A stretch of 23,329 nucleotides of DNA from an uncultured virus (IMG/VR IMGVR_UViG_3300044653_000122) (lineage: Duplodnaviria; Heunggongvirae; Uroviricota; Caudoviricetes). A program made the position numbers and the translations under genes. The stretch is taken from IMG/VR virus record IMGVR_UViG_3300044653_000122, one strand, 5' to 3'. Below the pieces are notes generated by a model. It was not told where the DNA came from, made no database searches, and saw only the letters and a program-made list of their open reading frames with translations. Below, piece by piece: positions 8,984-15,040 of the stretch; the first letter of the stretch is position 1; each line of letters starts with the position of its first letter.

Positions 8984-9005
8984 TCTTCTCCTAGCTCGAT
9001 TGTAG
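8980..9005 (+). promoter_or_regulatory. TTGATC-N14-TTGTAG motif copy
   Basis: ATG 7 nt downstream. Confidence 0.75.
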
Positions 9006-9012
9006 AGCCTCC

Positions 9013-9156
9013 ATGAAGACGAAGAAGCTCCCGGCCCGCCCCGCCCTTGTCATCCGCGACATGATCATCAACGGGCACGGGAACACCACGATGAAGCACA
9101 AGAACGACCGCCGGGCCAAGGACGCCCGCAAGTCCTGGAAGAACGAGGCTTGGTGA
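9013..9156 (+). CDS. small basic protein (47 aa, MKTKKLPARP...), not in the ORF track
   Basis: Manually translated from the ATG 7 nt after the motif. Confidence 0.7.
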   Translation: MKTKKLPARPALVIRDMIINGHGNTTMKHKNDRRAKDARKSWKNEAW

Positions 9157-9188
9157 TCCCCATGACCCTCCACCGGATGTACCAGAAC

Positions 9189-9428
9189 ATGACGGGGGAG
9201 GTCGAGGAGGCTAAGGAGGCCCTGAGGGTGTCCACCTTGGTGAAGGGGGCTCTTGAGGCCCTTCCTGGGAGCCAACTACTCCTCTCCGATGTGGCCTTCC
9301 TGACGGGCCTCTCTAAGGCAGAGATCCAGGGAGCCCTCGATGACGAGACCCTCGTTCACGCCCTCGGTGTGGCCTCTATCGAATACAGCCCAGAGACGGG
9401 CATCATCACGATTGGCCCCGAGGAGTAG
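9189..9428 (+). CDS. hypothetical protein, possible helix-turn-helix
   Basis: LSDVAFLTGLSKAEIQGAL is HTH-like; start uncertain (9162, 9177 or 9189). Confidence 0.55.
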   Translation: MTGEVEEAKEALRVSTLVKGALEALPGSQLLLSDVAFLTGLSKAEIQGALDDETLVHALGVASIEYSPETGIITIGPEE

Positions 9429-9568
9429 GCCTCTTACTCTTCGATCTTCACCCCAGGACCGAAGAGGAGAACCAGAACCGCTGCTCTCAAGAACTCGCCC
9501 ACACGCCTCATCGTGCCCATGGTGACAAGATAGCGGCGTCGAGGTGTCACGCAAGTTACACCTTTACC

Positions 9569-9594
9569 TTGATCGGGAGCCCCCTCGGCTGTAG
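9569..9594 (+). promoter_or_regulatory. TTGATC-N14-CTGTAG motif copy with no ORF downstream
   Basis: Identical over 26 bp to the copy at 10039-10064 (reverse strand). Confidence 0.7.
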
Positions 9595-9760
9595 GGGGTA
9601 CAAGCGTTGAGCTGACTCCACGGGGGCTCCAGCCAGCGAGAGAAGGCACGCTTCGGGGGAATCTACCCAGGGGGTCGGGTTGAGAACGGATCTCCCCGAA
9701 GCGCCCCTACTCCGTCCGGCTCCGCCCGTCTGTCGGGCCCCACCGCCCGCTTCACCTCTC

Positions 9761-9786
9761 CTACAGTCGAGGGGGCTCCCGATCAA
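9761..9786 (-). promoter_or_regulatory. TTGATC-N14-CTGTAG motif copy with no ATG downstream
   Basis: 25/26 match to the 9569 copy, inverted. Confidence 0.7.
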
Positions 9787-10031
9787 ACCGGGGCCACCCA
9801 AACCTTGTCCCCGTCGATCATCGAGGGGACCAGCCCGAGCTTCGCGAGTTTCTTGGCGCAGGTCTTACAGGTCGGGCCCACGTGGGAGGCCTCGCACATG
9901 TCGTCCAGGACGTGCTCCGGCTTGACCCGGCACTGGGGAACCGTTCCCTCAATGGCGACCAGGTGCGTGAGGCACGAGGTCAGGGTCTTGTAAGAGCTGG
10001 CAGCGAGGGGGAGCACAGCGTAGGTCGTCAT
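9783..10031 (-). CDS. hypothetical Cys/His-rich protein (82 aa)
   Basis: ATG 7 nt after the motif; CKTC; stop inside the next motif. Confidence 0.7.
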   Translation of the reverse strand: MTTYAVLPLAASSYKTLTSCLTHLVAIEGTVPQCRVKPEHVLDDMCEASHVGPTCKTCAKKLAKLGLVPSMIDGDKVWVAPV

Positions 10032-10038
10032 GCTTTTC

Positions 10039-10064
10039 CTACAGCCGAGGGGGCTCCCGATCAA
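10039..10064 (-). promoter_or_regulatory. TTGATC-N14-CTGTAG motif copy
   Basis: ATG 7 nt downstream. Confidence 0.75.
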
Positions 10065-10369
10065 ATAAAGTCTGCCTACGCCGCGCCTTGATGGTCGTCC
10101 CCTGCCCAGGTGGGACCCCGTCAACTGTCCGTCAACGCACAGCTTCCGGCTCATGCCCCGGAATTGACCGGGCGTTGACGGCCTTTGCTCCCAGGTGGCC
10201 CACGGGTGGCCTGGCAACCCGGGAGTAAGACCCTTTCGAACGAACGACAGGTCCCGAACCAGAACCGCAGCCCGGTGTAACGCGATCCTAGAAGGCAAGA
10301 TCGTGGTAGGTACACCGAGGAGGACAGGAGAGCCCTCGCATCACGGTTGCACCAGAATCAGCGGGCCGG

Positions 10370-10717
10370 TCAGTACCCCATCTTCCGCTCTTCGCGGCAG
10401 CTCTGGCACTCGCCGTTCCGAACCCAGTCTCCCACGAGGAAGCCACGGGCGTTCCGGCGCTCGACGGTGCCACAGACCCGGCACTTCTTGTCCGCCCCGA
10501 AGCACTTGTAGCACGTGGCGAAACCGGGTTTGCAGGGGCCGCCGCACTTCCCGCAGGTGCCCTCCGTGCGAGGGGCCGCAGCGGGGGCGTCAGCCGAGAC
10601 CGCAGAGCAGTCGACGTGCGACGCCTTCTCCCCCTTGTTCCACTCCACCTTGGAACCGACTGCGATCGGCTTGCTGCACTTGGGGCACGTCGAGGGAAAC
10701 TTGGCAGTGATGATCAT
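10370..10717 (-). CDS. multi-CxxC zinc-ribbon protein (115 aa)
   Basis: CPKC, HVDC, CGKC, CYKC, CRVC, CQSC. Confidence 0.75.
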   Translation of the reverse strand: MIITAKFPSTCPKCSKPIAVGSKVEWNKGEKASHVDCSAVSADAPAAAPRTEGTCGKCGGPCKPGFATCYKCFGADKKCRVCGTVERRNARGFLVGDWVRNGECQSCREERKMGY

Positions 10718-10724
10718 GGTCCCC

Positions 10725-10750
10725 CTACAGCCCTGGGGGCTCACGATCAA
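10725..10750 (-). promoter_or_regulatory. TTGATC-N14-CTGTAG motif copy
   Basis: ATG 7 nt downstream. Confidence 0.75.
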
Positions 10751-10772
10751 AGCTCATCTGTGCATTGAGACC

Positions 10773-10813
10773 AAAAAACAAGAGGGGCCCCCAGGCACAC
10801 CTAGGGACCCCTC
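10773..10813 (-). terminator. intrinsic terminator
   Basis: Minus strand GAGGGGTCCCTAGG-TGTG-CCTGGGGGCCCCTC followed by TTGTTTTTT. Confidence 0.75.
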
Positions 10814-10843
10814 GGTGCTGCTGAGGGAGTTCAGGCTGGGGCC

Positions 10844-11155
10844 TCAGTCGGCCACTGCGTCCGAGTAGGCCCGGAGCCCGTGCTTGGTCAGCTCCGTCGC
10901 GATGACCTCGGCCCGAGCGAGAGCTTTCCCATCGGCGTTGTCGTAGCCCACGTAGAGGGCGTTGCCTGACGTTCCGTATGCCTTCTTGAGGAACATGAGG
11001 CCCTGGGCCTTGCACGCCTCTGCGAAGGCCTTGATCTCCTCGCGGGTGCCGCTCACGCACACGTAGGCCCGACCACAGCCAGACGAGCGCTGGGGAGTGT
11101 ACGGGGCAGCCATGGCGGTCCTGAGAGCGTCGGCGATCTGAGTCTTGGTGGGCAT
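10844..11155 (-). CDS. hypothetical protein (103 aa)
   Basis: ORF track; motif upstream, terminator downstream. Confidence 0.8.
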   Translation of the reverse strand: MPTKTQIADALRTAMAAPYTPQRSSGCGRAYVCVSGTREEIKAFAEACKAQGLMFLKKAYGTSGNALYVGYDNADGKALARAEVIATELTKHGLRAYSDAVAD

Positions 11156-11162
11156 GGGCCCC

Positions 11163-11188
11163 CTACAGCTCGGCTAGGCGAAGATCAA
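11163..11188 (-). promoter_or_regulatory. TTGATC-N14-CTGTAG motif copy
   Basis: ATG 7 nt downstream; divergent from the 11282 copy. Confidence 0.75.
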
Positions 11189-11281
11189 AACCGGCCCTCA
11201 AGGACGTACCAAGGCGCCCCTCCGAAAATGGCACTTTGCGGGGGTGGCCCCCGCGAAACGAGCCCTCCCACCCCTTTCTTT

Positions 11282-11307
11282 TTGATCGTGAGCCCCGCCG
11301 GCTGTAG
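11282..11307 (+). promoter_or_regulatory. TTGATC-N14-CTGTAG motif copy
   Basis: ATG 7 nt downstream. Confidence 0.75.
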
Positions 11308-11314
11308 GGGAGAC

Positions 11315-11449
11315 ATGAACAACATCAAGAAGGCGCTCAAGGCGGTTCGTGCGAACCGCGCCCACAACGGCCGTAAGGCTGAGATGAAGAAGTTCCTCGT
11401 TCGTGCTGAGCGTCGTCTCAGCCGCGCTCTCAGCCGCGTTCAGAGCTGA
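11315..11449 (+). CDS. small basic protein (44 aa)
   Basis: MNNIKKALK... starting at the motif-linked ATG. Confidence 0.7.
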   Translation: MNNIKKALKAVRANRAHNGRKAEMKKFLVRAERRLSRALSRVQS

Positions 11450-11472
11450 ACCAAGAAAAGCGCTGTCCCGGT

Positions 11473-11498
11473 TTGATCGTGAGGCCTCTCACCTGTAG
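11473..11498 (+). promoter_or_regulatory. TTGATC-N14-CTGTAG motif copy
   Basis: ATG 7 nt downstream. Confidence 0.75.
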
Positions 11499-11505
11499 GA
11501 GAGAC

Positions 11506-11763
11506 ATGAACACGGCGACTGACTTCGAGCCCCTCTTCGCTCGCGTCGAGGAGATGATCAAGACCCACGGCAAGTTCGCGGTGGCCCCGGGTCATACCCT
11601 CAGATTCACGGTGAACCGCTACGGGTGGAGCGTGGACATCCTCGTGAAGCTCGTGGGAAGCCGCAAGCGGGCGACCGAAATTTGTGGGCGGGGGGATACG
11701 GCTGAGGAGGCCGTCGAGAAGCTGGGGCAGTCGCTCGACCACTGGGCGACCGTCTGTCGTTAA
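11506..11763 (+). CDS. hypothetical protein (85 aa)
   Basis: Motif-linked ATG; GRGDTAEEAVEKL resembles the HicB-like GxTxEEA motif. Confidence 0.75.
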   Translation: MNTATDFEPLFARVEEMIKTHGKFAVAPGHTLRFTVNRYGWSVDILVKLVGSRKRATEICGRGDTAEEAVEKLGQSLDHWATVCR

Positions 11764-11786
11764 AAAGGGAGCGCCCGATTTTCTTT

Positions 11787-11812
11787 TTGATCGAGAGCCT
11801 CCTCGGTTGTAG
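11787..11812 (+). promoter_or_regulatory. TTGATC-N14-TTGTAG motif copy
   Basis: ATG 7 nt downstream. Confidence 0.75.
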
Positions 11813-11819
11813 AGGGAAC

Positions 11820-12098
11820 ATGAAGACGATTGCTGCTCCCGCCACGATGACCGCCGAAATGCTCTCCAAGGTCAACGGCTCGGCCACAGTGAAGGCGTAC
11901 GTCGAGAGCTTCAACAACGTCTCGTACATCCAGCGCGCGGTCTTCCAGGGCTTCAAGACCGGCTACATCGTCCGGGCAACCTCGTTCGCGATGCAGCACA
12001 TCTGCAAAAATGCGGGCTTCCAGGCCGACCCCATCGAGGTCCACGACGAGACCTTCGGCGACGCCACCTGGCACATCTACCGTCCTGTTGCTGCTTGA
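11820..12098 (+). CDS. hypothetical protein (92 aa)
   Basis: Motif-linked ATG; stop inside the next motif. Confidence 0.75.
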   Translation: MKTIAAPATMTAEMLSKVNGSATVKAYVESFNNVSYIQRAVFQGFKTGYIVRATSFAMQHICKNAGFQADPIEVHDETFGDATWHIYRPVAA

Positions 12099-12120
12099 TC
12101 GGAAGGAGCCCCTGTTGTAG
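12095..12120 (+). promoter_or_regulatory. TTGATC-N14-TTGTAG motif copy upstream of the tRNA-like RNA
   Basis: No ATG follows; tRNA-like 5' end is 18 nt downstream. Confidence 0.7.
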
Positions 12121-12138
12121 AAGGGGCACATCCGATAC

Positions 12139-12241
12139 GGGGTCGTAAGTCTCAATGGCGGGCCAAGGTGGCCAACGTAACCCGCAAGGCAGAGCTGGTG
12201 TCCGAAAGGCCCGGTTGCCGGTTCGATTCCGGTCGACTCCA
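12139..12241 (+). ncRNA. tRNA-like RNA with Ala-type acceptor stem and T arm, non-canonical D and anticodon regions
   Basis: GGGGTCG pairs with CGACTCC (G3-U70), discriminator A; T arm GCCGG-TTCGATT-CCGGT. Confidence 0.65.
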
Positions 12242-12242
12242 C

Positions 12243-12401
12243 AAGTCTCGATCACGCCACCCGCAAACGGCGTACGGCCCCCTTGGCTGGGGGCATGGGT
12301 GAGAGCGGCCCAGCGGGGACATGGATTTGGTCAGCGCGTATAAAACTCCGGGAAGAGCGCGTACCCCGGGACCTCCCCATGCCAGGCGTGCTTCGAGACT
12401 T
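12243..12401. ncRNA. candidate structured RNA
   Basis: Closing stem AAGTCTCGA/TCGAGACTT plus CACGCC/GGCGTG enclosing several GC hairpins. Confidence 0.45.
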
Positions 12402-12406
12402 CTCTT

Positions 12407-12432
12407 TTGATCGGGCCGCACACAGGCTGTAA
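12407..12432 (+). promoter_or_regulatory. TTGATC-N14-CTGTAA motif copy
   Basis: ATG of an 11-codon ORF 7 nt downstream. Confidence 0.7.
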
Positions 12433-12495
12433 AGAAGACATGCAAAGGAGGACGGACATGAAGCTCGCCAGCTAAGACATCTGACTTTCGACGGC

Positions 12496-12540
12496 GAAGG
12501 CCCCCACGGGATGAGTACAAACCTGGGGGCCTTTCTTTTT
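12496..12540 (+). terminator. probable intrinsic terminator
   Basis: GAAGGCCCCCA...TGGGGGCCTTTC followed by TTTTT; long loop. Confidence 0.55.
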
Positions 12541-12564
12541 GATCGGCAGCCTCCTGAACTGTAG
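12539..12564 (+). promoter_or_regulatory. TTGATC-N14-CTGTAG motif copy
   Basis: ATG 7 nt downstream. Confidence 0.75.
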
Positions 12565-12571
12565 AGAAGGC

Positions 12572-12751
12572 ATGAGCACAACGATCGTTCGACTGGAAGA
12601 CGCGGATCGCTGGGTGACCTTCGAGATGAACACGCGCTTCGCCACGATGCGTAACTCGCTCGGAGAGAAGGTGCTCCTCTGTCGGGACGACGCGGAAAAT
12701 AGGATCAAAACCCTCCGCAACGCAGGATGGCAAGAGACCAAGACCTCCTAG
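12572..12751 (+). CDS. hypothetical protein (59 aa)
   Basis: Motif-linked ATG. Confidence 0.7.
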   Translation: MSTTIVRLEDADRWVTFEMNTRFATMRNSLGEKVLLCRDDAENRIKTLRNAGWQETKTS

Positions 12752-12759
12752 GAGTTACC

Positions 12760-13122
12760 ATGAGCCACGAACATAGCGTCCCGGGCACCCTCGGCCTGAG
12801 TGACTGGCACAAGGCTGATTCCAAGACTGCCCACATCTCCTACTACGGACGTACTGCCAAGGAAACGGATGTCGTCCTTGTGCGTGACTGGGAGCTTCGT
12901 GTAGGAGATCGGAAGGTCGTCGTCGGTCGCGCCATCGAGGTGATGACGTGGCGGGACTACGGGGATGTCTACTTCGAGGCTGCGTTCATGCTGCCAGGAC
13001 AGACCTCCGATGAAGGGGCCCCCATTCCCGGTGCCCAACGAAGCTCAAGGGAAACCCTGGATGACGTGAAGCGTCAGGTCGACCTCATGGTTCCTTGGCT
13101 CATCCAAAAGGTCGCCCCATGA
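12760..13122 (+). CDS. hypothetical protein (120 aa)
   Basis: AGGAG upstream of ATG 12760. Confidence 0.7.
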   Translation: MSHEHSVPGTLGLSDWHKADSKTAHISYYGRTAKETDVVLVRDWELRVGDRKVVVGRAIEVMTWRDYGDVYFEAAFMLPGQTSDEGAPIPGAQRSSRETLDDVKRQVDLMVPWLIQKVAP

Positions 13123-13624
13123 ACACCATTCACCAACACCGCATGAAGTGGTACGTCGACGGGTGCCGCGTCCTCCACGAAGACCCAGGGAGCATCGCCC
13201 CCTGCCACTGGAAACTCTCCCCGAAGCCCAGCCCGGCTGCCATCCAGAAGGACGGTTGTCGGGCGTTCGCCTTTCAAATCCTCGACCCCGACGAGGCTAT
13301 CGACTACCTGCGTCAAAGGCATTGCTGCGGCATCCTCTTCACGAGCCAACCCATCCAGTTCGGAGCGTTCCCCTCCGGTTGGGCCTGGATCAACAACGAT
13401 GCTCTGCCCCCGGTGAGGTCTCTTGGGCCGCCCGCTTCGCCTTCCCCTTCGAGCGCCGGGGCGTCACACGCGTTCTCGGGAAGGGCATTGAGCAAGACGG
13501 AGCCAAGCTCTCCTCCAGCACCGGCATCGGCGTGCCGTACGGAACTCCACGCCATGTGGTTATCCGACGCAATCACGCTGACAGAATCGCTGAAGCGTTG
13601 GGTGCCTACAAAGCATGGATCTAA
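13119..13624 (+). pseudogene. hypothetical gene apparently frameshifted at the C5 run 13407-13411
   Basis: Protein-like reading switches from the 13119 frame to the frame ending at 13624. Confidence 0.5.
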
Positions 13625-13788
13625 CACAACGAACTTGAGCGGGTCACGCTCCCATTCGTTGTGTTGCATAGCGTATACGTAGTGTATGCGCCGAATGGCT
13701 GAACCGTATGGCTGGCCATTCCTATACACTACTGAACGCGAGCTTGAGCGGGTCACGTTTCTGAACAGTATACGAGAACAGTATTCCT

Positions 13789-13974
13789 ATGCGCCTTCGA
13801 CTGCCCCCTGAGGACGAGAGAAACGCTCGAAACGAGCCCTTCGGCGAGTGGTTGGCCCAGATGACGGAGGGCGGAGGCCCCATCACTCTCACGCCTTCTG
13901 TCATCAACCGTGCGGTCGATGTGTGGCGTTCCAATGGTGACCCGAAAGCATTCCGTAGGAGCCTAGGCAACTGA
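13789..13974 (+). CDS. hypothetical protein (61 aa) between repeat copies 2 and 3
   Basis: ORF track; fills the gap between repeats. Confidence 0.55.
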   Translation: MRLRLPPEDERNARNEPFGEWLAQMTEGGGPITLTPSVINRAVDVWRSNGDPKAFRRSLGN

Positions 13975-14128
13975 ACACAACACAATCGAACTTGACCGAG
14001 TCACGTTTCTGAACAGTGGTCTAGGATTCTATTACACGCCCGAGCTTGACCGAGTCACGTTCTTGCTCAGTAGTGTAAGCCCCCGAGTTCCTCTCGTCAG
14101 ATCCATCCCCGTCAGACGTGGTGAGGGT

Positions 14129-14365
14129 ATGAGCCACCTCCCCCGTATCCCGCGACCCTCTGTCCTCCCCCGGGTCATCATGGACTTCTGCGTAGCCGAG
14201 GTGGACGCCGGCCAGGACCCCCTCACGTCATGGGACACCGATTCGACCGACCCCACCGACCTCATCCGCGTCCGCTACTCCGACCGAGAGGACGTGTGGA
14301 TTCGCGTGCTCGCCGCCAACCCCCGTGGCTACACCTGGGTCCGCTCCGCAGGTCTCTCCCGCTGA
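14129..14365 (+). CDS. hypothetical protein (78 aa)
   Basis: Internal ATG (MSHLPRIP) of ORF 14063..14365. Confidence 0.6.
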   Translation: MSHLPRIPRPSVLPRVIMDFCVAEVDAGQDPLTSWDTDSTDPTDLIRVRYSDREDVWIRVLAANPRGYTWVRSAGLSR

Positions 14366-14375
14366 CTATCCCCTC

Positions 14376-14401
14376 TTGATCGAGAGGTCCCCCGGTTGTA
14401 A
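14376..14401 (+). promoter_or_regulatory. TTGATC-N14-TTGTAA motif copy
   Basis: ATG 7 nt downstream. Confidence 0.7.
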
Positions 14402-14408
14402 AGGGGGC

Positions 14409-14609
14409 ATGGTTACCAGCACGCTCATCCAGGGGACCCCGACCGAGACCCGCCACGCCCGCCTCTACGCCTGCGCCCTCTCGGAAGTGGCCCGCCTCGA
14501 AGCCGCCCAGGCCGCCGGCTGGGATGTGGCTGCGGACCTCTCCCGTGAGCGCGCCCGGGTGAAGGCGTTCGCCCCCAAGACAAACGCGAGCTTGACCGAC
14601 TCACGTTAG
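14409..14609 (+). CDS. hypothetical protein (66 aa)
   Basis: Motif-linked ATG. Confidence 0.65.
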   Translation: MVTSTLIQGTPTETRHARLYACALSEVARLEAAQAAGWDVAADLSRERARVKAFAPKTNASLTDSR

Positions 14610-14854
14610 AAACAACTACCCCCTGACCCCCACAAGAAAGGGGCCCGGGGTTCTTCCACACGGTTGTCTTGAAGCCCTCGCTCTCTCCCGTCTGGTCTGC
14701 TGTCCCGCTATTGGCTCCACGCGAGGGGCTCCACAAGGGACGCCCGGGAACCGGAGAAGCTCGCCTCTGATCGAGAACGCGGCCTTCAACCTAGGGCTCT
14801 ACCATCAAAGCTCTATGACTCCATAGAACCCTTTGAACTTGAGCGAGTCATGTC

Positions 14855-14880
14855 TTGATCCTCTGCCCCCTGGACTGTAG
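14855..14880 (+). promoter_or_regulatory. TTGATC-N14-CTGTAG motif copy heading the recombinase operon
   Basis: ATG 7 nt downstream; 2 bp after the last 18-bp repeat. Confidence 0.75.
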
Positions 14881-14887
14881 AGGACGC

Positions 14888-15040
14888 ATGGACCTCGCTG
14901 CCCTCAAAGCCCGCGCTAAGGAACTCTCTCGCACCCTGGGCCGGATGCCTGAGTCCAAGGCCAGCGAGTCAGACAGAGCCGCCGTGCGTCATGAGCTGGC
15001 GAAGGTCGAGGCGAAGATCCGTGAGCTGGAGGCCAAGTGA
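14888..15040 (+). CDS. small helical/coiled-coil protein (50 aa)
   Basis: Motif-linked ATG; GTGA overlap with the recombinase start. Confidence 0.7.
   Translation: MDLAALKARAKELSRTLGRMPESKASESDRAAVRHELAKVEAKIRELEAK

Larger units (their letters stand above)
13631..14852 (+). repeat. six dispersed 18-bp direct repeats GA[A/G]CTTGA[C/G]CG[A/G][G/C]TCA[C/T]G
   Basis: Copies start at 13631, 13740, 13988, 14042, 14588 and 14835. Confidence 0.85.

Noticed and set aside
12139..12241. Canonical tRNA-Ala or full-length tmRNA
   Set aside because: No 5-bp stem with 7-nt anticodon loop, and only 103 nt between acceptor strands, leaving no room for a tag ORF and pseudoknots
13631..14852. 18-bp repeats as a CRISPR array
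   Set aside because: Too short, degenerate and irregularly spaced (54 to 546 bp), with ORFs between copies
1481..14888. Shared N-terminal peptide MIxxxxxCRxxM in many ORF-track proteins, resembling a conserved leader peptide
   Set aside because: Artefact: the TTG of TTGATC is 33 nt upstream of, and so in frame with, the real ATG; conservation is at DNA level
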